From a virus, in the IMG/VR virus record IMGVR_UViG_3300009100_000008: a stretch of 38,676 bases of DNA, one strand, 5' to 3'. Shown here one piece after another: positions 1 through 8,424 of the stretch; position 1 is the first letter of the stretch, and every line of letters starts with the position of its first letter. A model generated the notes under the pieces. The model did not search any database and had not been told where the DNA came from. It saw only the letters and a program-made list of their open reading frames with translations. The position numbers were made by a program, and so were the translations under genes.

Positions 1-123
1 TGCTGCGCAGCGGCTGGAGCAGGCCGAGGAAGTCCTCGCCGCAGGACAGGACCAGCACCGAGTTGCGGCCGGTCATCTCCAGGGCGAGGGAGCGGGCGTA
101 GGCGGCCGACGCGGCGCGGAACA
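1..123. repeat. Terminal direct repeat, copy 1 (identical to 38554-38676)
   Basis: Read directly: TGCTGCGCAGCGGCTGGAGCAGGCCGAGGAAGTCC...GCGGCGCGGAACA occurs at both window ends. Confidence 0.97.
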
Positions 124-613
124 GCGCCAGCAGCCGGCCGTTGGTGACCAGCCGTTCGTCGACGGGGCGTTCGCGGCGGGTCATGGCGATGTGCGCGACC
201 CGCAGCAGGTTCGGGAAGGCGTCGGCCACAGGCTGGCGCGGCAGCTGCAGGCTCTTGCCGTCGAACAGGCCGGCTGTGTCGGTGACACGGAAGTGTTCGG
301 TGTCGGTGTCCAGCCGCAGCGTGGCGCCGATCTCGTCCTCGGTGCCTGGCTTGCCGCTGCCCTTGAACAGGGCGAGGACTTCCTTGACGTCGGTCGGGGA
401 CAGGTCGACGGTGAGTAGCTCCCCGTCGTGGTCCTCGACGGAGACCAGGGCGATGCCGGCGCTGTAGCCGTTGGTGGCCGAGGCGACGATGTTGTGCTCG
501 CCGACGGCGAGCCGGACCCGGTGCAGGCTCGGGGCGTCATCGGGTGCGGCGTGCGGGGCGACGGCGGCCAGGGCGCGGCGTAGGTCGGCGGTGGCCACGG
601 TGATACGGCTCAT
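1..613 (-). CDS. DnaN (sliding-clamp)-like protein, 5' part (codons 1-204 of 231); continues across the circular junction to the stop at 38471
   Basis: ATG at 613-611 is preceded by AAGGAG. My hand translation (MSRITVATADLRRALAAVAPHAAPDDAPSLHRVRLAVGEHNIVASATNGYSAG...PVADAFPNLLRV...VLVLSCGEDFLGLLQPLRS) has no stop down to nt 1. It is absent from the ORF track because it has no stop inside the left edge. The L..AL..V / ATxGY / FPN pattern resembles DnaN domain I. Confidence 0.5.
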   Translation of the reverse strand, partial: MSRITVATADLRRALAAVAPHAAPDDAPSLHRVRLAVGEHNIVASATNGYSAGIALVSVEDHDGELLTVDLSPTDVKEVLALFKGSGKPGTEDEIGATLRLDTDTEHFRVTDTAGLFDGKSLQLPRQPVADAFPNLLRVAHIAMTRRERPVDERLVTNGRLLALFRAASAAYARSLALEMTGRNSVLVLSCGEDFLGLLQPLRS

Positions 614-716
614 CGGGGGCTCCTTGCGGGCGGCGGGGTGAGGGCGCTGCAGGTGCAGCAGCGGATGGGCGCGCCGCGGCCGGCGCGGTCGGCGTAGCGG
701 TAGGCGGCCACCCTCG

Positions 717-1130
717 TCACGGCTCGGCGCTCCGGCGGGCTGCGCGCTCGACGAGCGACGCGGCCTGGTAGGCGAGCTCGCCAGCGACCACGGCCGGGTC
801 CATGTCCATGCGGGACACACCCTGGTAGCGCAACCGCTGGAACTCGGCGTGCGCGGCCCGCCACCGAGCCGTCTCGCTGTCGGCGTACTGGTCGCTGCGT
901 AGCCAGGCCAGCAGCTTGTCGGCCGGCTCGTCGACGGGCACATGCGCGGCCAGCACGATGACCAGCGCCGGCCACTGATCGCCGCGGTCGCGCATCCGGG
1001 CCGGCAGCCACCGCAGGTAGGCCTCGGGGTCCTCGTCGCGGACCCGGACGGCCAGCTCCAGGCCGATCTCGGCCAGTTCCTCGCCGAGCTGGTCGTGCGG
1101 GTGCGGCGCTCCGCCGGCCGCGGCGGTCAT
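717..1130 (-). CDS. Hypothetical early protein (137 aa)
   Basis: Inner ATG 1130 overlaps the upstream stop (ATGA). Sequence begins MTAAAGGAPHPHDQLGEELAEIGLELAV. The longer track start only adds an Arg-rich extension. Confidence 0.6.
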   Translation of the reverse strand: MTAAAGGAPHPHDQLGEELAEIGLELAVRVRDEDPEAYLRWLPARMRDRGDQWPALVIVLAAHVPVDEPADKLLAWLRSDQYADSETARWRAAHAEFQRLRYQGVSRMDMDPAVVAGELAYQAASLVERAARRSAEP

Positions 1131-1630
1131 GGGCAGCCGCCGGCCGCGGCGTCGACGCGGATCGTCGCCTCCCAGCACGGCCCGCACGCCGGGCCGAGGC
1201 GCCGCGCCGGGCGCCGCTCGTGGGCCTCACGGCACCGGTCGGCGGCCGCGCCGGCGAGCGGGTGCGACGATCCGAAGTGGCCGGTGTCGGCCGGCTTCTT
1301 GCGCGGCGTGTGGCCGTTCATTGAACGGATGTCGGCCAGCGCCTCCTCGGCCGACATGCGGCCCTGCTCGACCAGGCGCTGCGAGGCCGGCGAGAGCTGC
1401 AGCAGCATCAGCCGGACGTTGACCAGGCTGGGGCTGTAGCCGGTGCGGCGGGCGATCTCCGTCTGCGACAGGCCGTCGGCGGCCATTGCGGCGAACTCCC
1501 GGGCCTGTTCCATCGGCGCCAGGGCGCGGATCGAGGCGGCGAGCTGCTTGAGGTCGTCGTCGATCGCCACCCGGGCCGGTGGGTTGTCCGGGTGCGGCAC
1601 CAGCGCGGTCAGCGGGATCATGCGCGTCAC
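1127..1630 (-). CDS. ParB-like N-terminal-domain / HTH protein (167 aa)
   Basis: GTG 1630 overlaps the upstream stop (GTGA). IPLTALVPHPDNPPARV resembles the ParB/Srx N-terminal box. SQTEIARRTGYSPSLVNVRL is HTH-like. No ParA partner is present. Confidence 0.55.
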   Translation of the reverse strand: MTRMIPLTALVPHPDNPPARVAIDDDLKQLAASIRALAPMEQAREFAAMAADGLSQTEIARRTGYSPSLVNVRLMLLQLSPASQRLVEQGRMSAEEALADIRSMNGHTPRKKPADTGHFGSSHPLAGAAADRCREAHERRPARRLGPACGPCWEATIRVDAAAGGCP

Positions 1631-2160
1631 CGCGCACCCGCCAGATCAGGCCACGCCACCTTGTCCAACGCAGCGCGGTGCGTCGCCGGCATCTTGACCA
1701 GCGGCTCACCAAGGTGGTCGTAGCCCATCGCGGCCAGCACCAGGGCGTCGGCCTCGTCGTTCTTCCCGGCGAACCACGGGAATCGCCCCTTGACCTCACG
1801 GATGACGTCGTCCTTGCCGGCGGTCCCCTTGCCCGTGGCGTACTTCTTCAGACACGTCGTGATGACCGGGGCGACCGGCAGCTCGCAGCCGGCCAGCTGG
1901 TCCAGCAGCATCCAGAACAGGCCGCCGCGTGCGGTGGCGTGTCCGCTCGTGCTGGAGTAGGCGGGCACCTCAACGACAACCAGGTCAGGGCGGTCCCGCG
2001 TGACGCGCAGGGCGACCTCGTTGCGCATCCATCGCAGCCGGTCGAGCTCGGCGGGCAGCTCGTGCACCCACTTCGGCTTCGAGATCTGCTCGGTGGTGTG
2101 TCCGGTGCTGTAGCCAGTGGACGTCAGCGACAGGTCGACGCCGACGACGACGGGCGTCAT
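1627..2160 (-). CDS. ruvC: RuvC-like Holliday-junction resolvase (177 aa)
   Basis: VVGVDLSLTSTG...VVVEVPAY...KKYATGKGTAGKDDV...NDEADALVLAAMG matches the RuvC acidic-residue pattern (D...E...D). ATGA overlap with the upstream gene. Confidence 0.75.
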   Translation of the reverse strand: MTPVVVGVDLSLTSTGYSTGHTTEQISKPKWVHELPAELDRLRWMRNEVALRVTRDRPDLVVVEVPAYSSTSGHATARGGLFWMLLDQLAGCELPVAPVITTCLKKYATGKGTAGKDDVIREVKGRFPWFAGKNDEADALVLAAMGYDHLGEPLVKMPATHRAALDKVAWPDLAGAR

Positions 2161-2591
2161 GCCGGCACCTCACCGGCGAGTAGGTCCCGGATGCCGACGA
2201 GCCGCAGCTGCGTCCTGGTGCCGTCCCCGGTGCAGGTCGAGCACCACACCGGCGTCGCGTCGGCCCCGTCGTAGAAGCCGCTGTGCGCCTCGCACACCGC
2301 CGGCGTCTCCTCGCCGTGCACCAAGCAGCGGGTGGTCACCTCGAAGCGGGCCATCTGCCCACAGACCGAGATCGGGATGCCCAGGAACTCCTGGGTCATC
2401 GTGCAGGCCTGGAACCAGGGGCAGCAGTTGCAGCCCGGCGCGCAGTCCTCCTCGCGCTCGCGCACCATGAGCAGGTGCCCGGCGGCGAAGTCGCGATGCA
2501 CCTCGGCGTCGTAGGCCGTGGCGTGAACGTCGCCGACCCGGTCGTTGATCGCCGGGTCCCAGCAGGCGTACTCCACGGTGAGCACGGTCAT
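2157..2591 (-). CDS. Cys-rich hypothetical protein (144 aa)
   Basis: Inner ATG 2591 overlaps the HNH stop (ATGA). Sequence MTVLTVEYACWDP...CAPGCNCCPWFQAC...CSTCTGDG has many Cys, so it is probably metal-binding. Confidence 0.6.
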   Translation of the reverse strand: MTVLTVEYACWDPAINDRVGDVHATAYDAEVHRDFAAGHLLMVREREEDCAPGCNCCPWFQACTMTQEFLGIPISVCGQMARFEVTTRCLVHGEETPAVCEAHSGFYDGADATPVWCSTCTGDGTRTQLRLVGIRDLLAGEVPA

Positions 2592-2944
2592 GCCGGCACC
2601 TCCCGTCCTGGGTTGGGTCGCATTGCCCACCGGGCCAGGCCTGCGGTCACGGCGGCTGTGGGGTTGTGGCCGATCCAGTCGTGGCAGCGCCGGCAGACGG
2701 TGACGCAGTTCGCCCGGTCGAGAATCGAACCGCCTTGGGACCGCCGCAGCAGCTCGTGGACGTCCACGGCGCGGCCAGTGCACACCTTCGGGATGCGGGC
2801 CTCACACCAGGGCCGTTCGGCCAGCAGCTCGGCGACCAGGGAGCGGCGCTCCACCATCGCGGCGGCGTACCTGCGCGAGCGGGGCCGCAGACGGCCGGTG
2901 CGGGCCAGCGCGGCCAGCCGACGCAGCGGCTCGCCGCGCTTCAC
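2588..2944 (-). CDS. HNH endonuclease (118 aa), early-region copy
   Basis: CTGRAVDVHELLRRSQGG...NCVTVCRRCHDWIGHN is an HNH/His-Me finger pattern. GTG 2944 overlaps the upstream stop. Confidence 0.7.
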   Translation of the reverse strand: MKRGEPLRRLAALARTGRLRPRSRRYAAAMVERRSLVAELLAERPWCEARIPKVCTGRAVDVHELLRRSQGGSILDRANCVTVCRRCHDWIGHNPTAAVTAGLARWAMRPNPGREVPA

Positions 2945-3846
2945 GTGGCAGCCCCGTGGGATGTGGCGACGAAACGCAGCGCGTCGGCGGTCGACCAGGC
3001 GATGGCCCAGCCGTCAGCGCCGACGGGCTGGTTCGGGATGCCGGGGTGCACCGCGGTCAGGGCGGCCTTGGCGCGGGACTCCCGTGCGGCGGCGTCCTTC
3101 TTGTCCTGCCGGGCATGCCACAGGTCGCCGAGCCACTTCGGCAGGTCGGGGTCCTCCAGGTACAGGACGGTGCGTAGGTCCTTGCCGGGAATGTGACCCT
3201 CCCAGCAGATGCCGCCGTCCGGGCCGCCGTAGGGGCAGGAACCGCAGAACACCGAGTCCGGTTCGTAGTCGCGCGGCAGCATGTCCAGCGGGGTGTCGCG
3301 CACCAGCGCAAGCCATGCCAGGGCGTCACGGACGTGGCGGACGTCGAACGGGGCACCGGTCTCGTCGGGCCACTGGTACTCCTCGCCGCTGTCGCGGCAC
3401 AGGTAGTCGATGCGGACCCGCGCCACCGGGTGGCCGGCCAGGGCGAGCGCGGCGCCGTAGCAGTTGACCTGCCACAGGTGTCCGTCGTCGGGGCCGTGGA
3501 GACGGATGTGGTCCATCCACCGGGTGCTGGTGGTCTTGAGGTCGACGACGAGTGCCTTGTCCGCCTCGTACCGGTCCAGCGTGCCGGGGACGCCGGCCAG
3601 GCTGACGCGGTGCTCCACCAGCCAGCCGGGTGGGGCTTGTGCCCGGAGGATCTCTGCGACCCGGTCGTGCACGGCTGAGCCGATGACGGCCTGGATGTTG
3701 CCGGAGGCGTTGACGGGCAGGGTGCCCGCCAGCTTGTAGCCGACCTTGCGGCGGCACGAGCCCAGCTCCGACAGGCCCGGCTCGATCTGCTGGGAGCGGG
3801 GCCGCAGCTTGTCCGCCTCCAGCAGCAGCGCGGCGGTCGAGGTCAC
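2941..3846 (-). CDS. PD-(D/E)XK (RecB/Cas4-family) exonuclease with a 4-Cys cluster (301 aa)
   Basis: GTLDRY...VVDLKT...QVNCYG gives D / D-x-K / Q-x3-Y motifs. Cys in LGSCRRK plus CGSCPYGGPDGGIC resembles the Cas4/AddB Fe-S arrangement. It lies adjacent to RecT. Confidence 0.7.
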   Translation of the reverse strand: MTSTAALLLEADKLRPRSQQIEPGLSELGSCRRKVGYKLAGTLPVNASGNIQAVIGSAVHDRVAEILRAQAPPGWLVEHRVSLAGVPGTLDRYEADKALVVDLKTTSTRWMDHIRLHGPDDGHLWQVNCYGAALALAGHPVARVRIDYLCRDSGEEYQWPDETGAPFDVRHVRDALAWLALVRDTPLDMLPRDYEPDSVFCGSCPYGGPDGGICWEGHIPGKDLRTVLYLEDPDLPKWLGDLWHARQDKKDAAARESRAKAALTAVHPGIPNQPVGADGWAIAWSTADALRFVATSHGAAT

Positions 3847-4559
3847 GGCGTGCCGCCTTCGTACTCGGCGACGACCTCGGCGAGCTCAGTGATGTCCACC
3901 GGCTCCGGGTCGGCCGCCGGCTCGGCGGGCACGTCGATGCGTTCGGCTTCCACGACGACGGTCTCCGGCTCGTCGAGCTCGCCCTCGGCGTAGAAGCCGA
4001 AGGCGACCTCAGGGCACAGGAACCGCAGCGTCGCCGACGCGGCCCGGGCCAGCAGCATCGCTTTCGTGGAGGTCTCCCACGGCAGCGGCTTGCCCTGCGC
4101 GGAGCGGGCCAGCACCCGGCCCTCGTGGATCCGTACCTTGCCGGCGCGGATCGCGTCGTCGAGCTTGTAGGTGGACTGGTGCGCTTCGCCGGTGTCGCCT
4201 CGGATGGCCCGCACCGTGCACTCGGTGTCGGTGTGGGAGGACACGTAGTTGTGGCCTGCGGGCTCGGGGTGCTCCTGGGGTGGCCGGCCGCAGGTCTTGC
4301 ACGGCACGTACACCTGGTGGCCGCGTTCGCGGGCCTTGGCGATCCACAGTTGCGCGGCCAGTGACGGGCGGCCCTCCACGACGTAGATGCCCTGCAGGGC
4401 CTGCATGGGGCGCAGCCCCAGCTCCGTGCCGTACAGCAGGATCACCTGCACATCGGCCGGCTTACCGCGCAGGGGCACCGGCAGCAGGTTGGAGATGGCC
4501 AGCGTCTTGGACAGCCGGTCCAGGTCGTCGAGGTTGCGGATGGCCAGTTCGGTGCTCAC
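3843..4559 (-). CDS. recT: RecT-family single-strand annealing protein (238 aa)
   Basis: GTG 4559 overlaps the upstream stop (GTGA). VSTELAIRNLDDLDRLSKTLAISNLLP...LLYGTELGLRPMQALQGIYVVEGRPSLAAQLWIAKARERG is RecT-like. It pairs with the downstream exonuclease. Confidence 0.55.
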   Translation of the reverse strand: MSTELAIRNLDDLDRLSKTLAISNLLPVPLRGKPADVQVILLYGTELGLRPMQALQGIYVVEGRPSLAAQLWIAKARERGHQVYVPCKTCGRPPQEHPEPAGHNYVSSHTDTECTVRAIRGDTGEAHQSTYKLDDAIRAGKVRIHEGRVLARSAQGKPLPWETSTKAMLLARAASATLRFLCPEVAFGFYAEGELDEPETVVVEAERIDVPAEPAADPEPVDITELAEVVAEYEGGTP

Positions 4560-4903
4560 GCAGGTGTTCCCTTCGGATAGGCAGCCAGCAGTGCCCGGAG
4601 GGCGTCGTCGCGTTGCTGCTCGAACTGCTCCCGCGCCGACTGCTCGGCCCGGTAGGACGGCACGGACAGGGGGATGTCGGCGAGGAAGTAGGGGTCGCCG
4701 CCCCATTCGTTGAGCTGCCACAGCAGGTCAACGGCAGCGCTCAGGTCGTCCCACGCCTGCGCTGGTGCGTTCAGCGCGGCGAGATAGCCGGCGACGATGC
4801 CGCAAGCGGGGTAGTCGCGGACGTGGGCGGCCAGCTCCAGCAGCCCCTGCTCCACCTGCTCGCGGGAGGCGTCGGCCGTGGTGACCTGCCGCAGGCTGCT
4901 CAC
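4556..4903 (-). CDS. Hypothetical early protein (115 aa)
   Basis: GTG 4903 overlaps the upstream stop. Sequence begins VSSLRQVTTADASREQVEQGLLELAAHVRDYP. Confidence 0.55.
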   Translation of the reverse strand: MSSLRQVTTADASREQVEQGLLELAAHVRDYPACGIVAGYLAALNAPAQAWDDLSAAVDLLWQLNEWGGDPYFLADIPLSVPSYRAEQSAREQFEQQRDDALRALLAAYPKGTPA

Positions 4904-5271
4904 AGCGTGGGACCCCCGGTCGGGTAGCCGGCCTCGATGTGAGCGGCGTGGGCGTCGAACACCCGGGTGATCAGGTCGGCGCCGTGCACGTCGGCGGCCT
5001 CGCACTGCGGTGAGCACCAGCCGGGCACGACGTCATCGGACAGCTCCTCGCAGCCGGGCAGGATGCACGGCAGCGGGGACGTGTCGAGCTCAGGTCGGGC
5101 CGTAGGCTGGCCCGGCGGCACCGCCGGGGCGGGGGCGGATCCCACCCCGGCGGCGGCCTCGGGAACCGACGCCGGCCGCGGGGAGGATGCGGCCGGTGCC
5201 GGGTAGGTCTGCGGCGGGCGGGTTGGCCGGATGAGGCCGTGCCAGCCGTCCACGAGGTCGCGGAGTCTCAC
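4900..5271 (-). CDS. Hypothetical early protein (123 aa) with a Pro-rich linker and C-terminal Cys motif
   Basis: GTG 5271 overlaps the upstream stop. VRLRDLVDGWHGL...CILPGCEELSDDVVPGWCSPQCEAAD. The upstream part of the track ORF is Arg-rich shadow. Confidence 0.5.
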   Translation of the reverse strand: MRLRDLVDGWHGLIRPTRPPQTYPAPAASSPRPASVPEAAAGVGSAPAPAVPPGQPTARPELDTSPLPCILPGCEELSDDVVPGWCSPQCEAADVHGADLITRVFDAHAAHIEAGYPTGGPTL

Positions 5272-5564
5272 CACACGCCGCCGCGGTTCTCGAACTCCTC
5301 GATGTCGCGGTGCATCTCGGCGACGTCCGCGCGCAGCTCGCTGGCCTTGTCTGCAAGGTCGGCGCGCCGGTCGCGGACATTCGGCGTGCTGGCCACGTGG
5401 GCGTCGAAGCCGGCAGCCTCGTCCGCGCTCAGCCCGCCCAGGTGGGCGAGCTGCTCGTCGCCGAGCGCGGCCGCCCGGAGCAGGGCCAGCAGCATGCCGA
5501 ACAGGCCGAGGACAACGAGCCACAGCCCGACGGCGAGGCCGATCCACAGCAGAACGGTGGTCAT
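5268..5564 (-). CDS. Small membrane protein (98 aa, one N-terminal TM plus coiled-coil tail)
   Basis: ATG 5564 overlaps the upstream stop (ATGA). Sequence begins MTTVLLWIGLAVGLWLVVLGLFGMLLALL. Confidence 0.6.
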   Translation of the reverse strand: MTTVLLWIGLAVGLWLVVLGLFGMLLALLRAAALGDEQLAHLGGLSADEAAGFDAHVASTPNVRDRRADLADKASELRADVAEMHRDIEEFENRGGVW

Positions 5565-5800
5565 GACGTCGCCTCCGTGGGCAGAGCCAGCACTCCCTGG
5601 CGCTTTGGGTGGTGCTCGCCGGCGGCCAACCACAGCGGCTGAAGCGCGACGAGCGCGGCCACCAGGACCAAGGCGTTGCCGATGCGGCTGAGCCAGGTCG
5701 GCGTGTCGGTGCCCTTCTCGCGGTCGAGGAGGTACAGCACGCCGGTGATGCAGACGCCGGCGGCGACCGAGAAGGCCGCGAGGAGGTGCGCGGTGTTCAT
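5561..5800 (-). CDS. Small membrane protein (79 aa, 2 predicted TM)
   Basis: ATG 5800 shares 1 nt with the upstream stop (TGATG). MNTAHLLAAFSVAAGVCITGVLYLL...IGNALVLVAALVALQPLWL. Confidence 0.6.
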   Translation of the reverse strand: MNTAHLLAAFSVAAGVCITGVLYLLDREKGTDTPTWLSRIGNALVLVAALVALQPLWLAAGEHHPKRQGVLALPTEATS

Positions 5801-5949
5801 CAGAACCACCTCTTGGCGAACTTCCAGGCCAGGGCGATGTGCCGGTCGCCCTGACGCTGGTGGTAGGCGTGCCGGTTGCGGTTCCACAGCAGACGGACGA
5901 CGACCACGAACAGCGCGGCGGCGATCACAGCCCAGGCGTGTGCATTCAC
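5800..5949 (-). CDS. Very small membrane protein (49 aa, 1 TM)
   Basis: GTG 5949 overlaps the upstream stop (GTGA). VNAHAWAVIAAALFVVVVRLLW followed by a basic tail. It is below the ORF-track size cut-off as a stand-alone ORF. Confidence 0.45.
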   Translation of the reverse strand: MNAHAWAVIAAALFVVVVRLLWNRNRHAYHQRQGDRHIALAWKFAKRWF

Positions 5950-6323
5950 GACGGGCCTCCACTGAGGACGAGGCGGTCGGCGGCGTCGACCACGGCCACG
6001 TTCGGCAGCAGCTGGCCGTCGTAGACGCGCGTCTCGACCCGCCAGTAGGTCGTGGCGAACCAGCCCCAGGCGATGTAGCGGCGGTACATCTCGCCGTTGC
6101 GCAGCTCCGGCACGTCGGTCGCCTTCGGACCGAGCAGGTGCAGCTCGGCCGCCCACCGGTCGACGTCCTGCGGCCGGCCGTTGGGCAGCACCACCCGCAG
6201 CTGACCGGCCGAGGCGGTGACCACCATCGGCTCGGGCAGCTCGTACTGGGCGATGACATCCACGGCCAGGCCGAGCGCGCATGCAACCGGCGCCGGCGGC
6301 ACGTTGGTCAGCTCGGCCATCAC
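5946..6323 (-). CDS. Hypothetical early protein (125 aa)
   Basis: Track ORF; the start overlaps the upstream stop. Non-shadow composition (MMAELTNVPPAPVACALGLAVDVIAQYELPEP...). Confidence 0.6.
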   Translation of the reverse strand: MMAELTNVPPAPVACALGLAVDVIAQYELPEPMVVTASAGQLRVVLPNGRPQDVDRWAAELHLLGPKATDVPELRNGEMYRRYIAWGWFATTYWRVETRVYDGQLLPNVAVVDAADRLVLSGGPS

Positions 6324-6700
6324 CGCTCACCGCCGTCCGGCTGCTCCCGGCGGACCATGGCCATGGGCCCGAACTGCTGCTCGACCGGCTGGTACAGGTT
6401 GACGTGGTCGACGCTGACCAGGTCGACCACCGGCTCGTCGTCGTCGTCGGTGAGCTCGCGGGCGAACCACAGCAGGCCACGGCGGTCTCGCCACAGGTCA
6501 CCGGCCTGCGGCGGCCACTCCGGCGGCGCGACCCGCTCGACGGTGACGGAGTCCACCATCGGGACCGCCGTGGTCCACGAGGCGGCGTGTTCGATGCCGA
6601 TGGTCAGAGCGTTCGTGTCGGGGTCGCCGTGGACCGCGTGGATGCGGGCGCCCCGGATGGTGATGTCGACGATCTCGCCGACCACGAACTCGGCGGTCAC
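6320..6700 (-). CDS. Hypothetical early protein (126 aa)
   Basis: GTG 6700 overlaps the upstream stop. Sequence begins VTAEFVVGEIVDITIRGARIHAVHGDPD. Confidence 0.55.
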   Translation of the reverse strand: MTAEFVVGEIVDITIRGARIHAVHGDPDTNALTIGIEHAASWTTAVPMVDSVTVERVAPPEWPPQAGDLWRDRRGLLWFARELTDDDDEPVVDLVSVDHVNLYQPVEQQFGPMAMVRREQPDGGER

Positions 6701-6936
6701 AGCGCACCGCCGACGTGGAGCGGCTCCGGACGGTGCGCCGGCACCGACCGTCCGTCCGGCAGGGTCTCGCCGGTGTCGTCGAACACGATCACGCCGTTGC
6801 ACAACCTGATCCAGCCCTGGTCGTGGTGGTCGGCGACCACGTGCGCGGCGTCACGGTCCGGGGCGGTAGCCGGCGGGCACGGCGGGGTGTGCGGGCAGGT
6901 GCTTGCTGCCGGCGGGGCGAGCGTGGGCGCGGTCAT
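6697..6936 (-). CDS. Small Cys/His protein (79 aa), resembles the Streptomyces DUF5999-type family
   Basis: ATG 6936 overlaps the upstream stop. CPHTPPCP...AAHVVADHHDQGWIRLCNGVIVFDDTGETLPDGRSV matches my memory of that family; not verified. Confidence 0.5.
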   Translation of the reverse strand: MTAPTLAPPAASTCPHTPPCPPATAPDRDAAHVVADHHDQGWIRLCNGVIVFDDTGETLPDGRSVPAHRPEPLHVGGAL

Positions 6937-7271
6937 GACGCTGCCGCCCGCTGCTCGGCCTCGACACGGCGCATCAGCTCGAGCACCTCGCCGACCGTGC
7001 GCTCCGGAGCGTCGTTCCACTCCACGCCCTCGCCGCCCGTCGCGTCGGACAGGGCGTCGGCGGCGGCCTGATGAACCGCGTTCTGGTCCCCGGTCAGCAT
7101 CCCGGCGAGACCGACGCCGGTCTTGCCGGTCAGCGCGAAGGTGACGCTGCCGAACATGCACATCTGGCGGGCGTCGTTCCACGTCTCGCCCTGGCACCAG
7201 CCGTGCTTCTCGATCGCGGCGATCGCCGCCGCGAGGGTGTCGGCGACGCGAAGCGCCATCGGGGCGCTCAT
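6933..7271 (-). CDS. Hypothetical early protein (112 aa)
   Basis: ATG 7271 overlaps the upstream stop. MSAPMALRVADTLAAAIAAIEKHGWCQGETWND...VEWNDAPERTVGEVLELM. Confidence 0.55.
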   Translation of the reverse strand: MSAPMALRVADTLAAAIAAIEKHGWCQGETWNDARQMCMFGSVTFALTGKTGVGLAGMLTGDQNAVHQAAADALSDATGGEGVEWNDAPERTVGEVLELMRRVEAEQRAAAS

Positions 7272-7909
7272 GACGCGAGCTCGATCGGCATCGTGTGCAC
7301 CGACTGGGTGCCCGTGAGGATGAACCGGTCGGCGTAGGCGACGGCCTCGGCGGCGGTGAGGAGCTGCTCGGTGTGGATCGGCTCGCCGGCGTCGTCGATG
7401 CGCACCACGAAGCCGGCCGGGTCGACGGCGGGCTCGGCCGCCGGGAGGGCGTCGAAGCGGTGCACCTTCGCTGGTTCGAACGTCGACTCGGTGATGTCGC
7501 CGCGGTGGTTCTTGCGGTAGCGGACCCCCACGCTGCGCTCGCTGACCCAGGTCACCGTGCCCTGGCGGTGGGTGCCGAAGGCCTGGACGGTGACGCTGTC
7601 GCCGACGGCCAGCTCGCCGCGGGCGGGCGGCGGCAGCGGCGTGGTGATGCGCTGGATCTCCGCCTCGTCGCCGAGACACAGGCAGCGCGCGACCGCCCAC
7701 GGCTTGCGGTAGGTCGCCCGTTTGGCTTCCTCGGTGGCGCCCTCGATCCGGGCGGTCCACCGCTGCCCGGTGTGGGCAGGCCCCACGCACGGCTGCAGCG
7801 TCACGCCGAGCACCCGGTGCGGCAGCCCGTGCACCACGATCACGTCGCCGACGCGCACGTCGCGGCGGCGCACGATCTCGACCTCCGGGACCAGCTCGTC
7901 GGCGGTCAC
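7268..7909 (-). CDS. Hypothetical early protein (213 aa)
   Basis: GTG 7909 overlaps the upstream stop. It has two SH3/Tudor-like V-G-D-x-V segments. Confidence 0.6.
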   Translation of the reverse strand: MTADELVPEVEIVRRRDVRVGDVIVVHGLPHRVLGVTLQPCVGPAHTGQRWTARIEGATEEAKRATYRKPWAVARCLCLGDEAEIQRITTPLPPPARGELAVGDSVTVQAFGTHRQGTVTWVSERSVGVRYRKNHRGDITESTFEPAKVHRFDALPAAEPAVDPAGFVVRIDDAGEPIHTEQLLTAAEAVAYADRFILTGTQSVHTMPIELAS

Positions 7910-8424
7910 TCGGTCACGCCCGGTTCCGGCCCCAGCTCGGCCAGCAGCTCGGCGTCGAAGTCGCCGACCGAGTCGTACACCTCGACGGTGAACGCGCCCA
8001 TGTCCAGCGACACCCCGGCGTGGCCTTTGCTGCGGCGGTTGGACACCGCGATGCCGGACTTCGCGGCGGCCTCACGGACGGCGGCGATGATCGCCGCGTG
8101 GTCCTCGCCGTGGCTGATCGGGCAGTTGAACCGGTACATGGCCCGGGTGAGCAGGCTCGCCAGGGCGGGGTACTGCTCGGCAAGGACGCACAGGCGGCGC
8201 ACCGCCGCGATCCGTAGCCGGGCCTCGCGGCGGGCGTGGTCGACCTTCTTCGTGATGCGGACTTCGTCGTGGTCGCCGAGCTGCAACTCGGCGAGCGTGG
8301 CCGCCACCGACGCCATGTCCAGGTGCGTGGACTCGTGCATGTCGTTCGTGCCGCGGCCGTAGACCTTCAGCGCGTAGACGGTGTCCGGCATCTGGTCGGA
8401 CGGCTCTGCCGTACTCTCGTTCAT
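7906..8424 (-). CDS. Hypothetical early protein (172 aa)
   Basis: ATG 8424 with AAGGAGACGAGAGGG upstream. Normal composition. Confidence 0.6.
   Translation of the reverse strand: MNESTAEPSDQMPDTVYALKVYGRGTNDMHESTHLDMASVAATLAELQLGDHDEVRITKKVDHARREARLRIAAVRRLCVLAEQYPALASLLTRAMYRFNCPISHGEDHAAIIAAVREAAAKSGIAVSNRRSKGHAGVSLDMGAFTVEVYDSVGDFDAELLAELGPEPGVTE

Noticed and set aside
1-123. 123-nt end repeats as true phage direct terminal repeats, LTRs or IS ends
   Set aside because: The repeat is direct and exact, and it falls inside an early gene that reads seamlessly through the join. The packaging signals (HNH, P27-like TerS, G-rich/palindromic gap) are 5.5 kb away. An assembly overlap of a circular molecule is the simpler reading. 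A true DTR cannot be fully excluded without read depth.
610-1230. 206-aa and similar Arg-rich minus-strand ORFs overlapping real genes (also 5561-6286, 5800-6501, 6933-7790, 23310-24878 and 27266-28576 in their full lengths)
   Set aside because: Only the C-terminal parts downstream of coupled inner starts have protein-like composition. The long N-terminal extensions overlap upstream genes out of frame.
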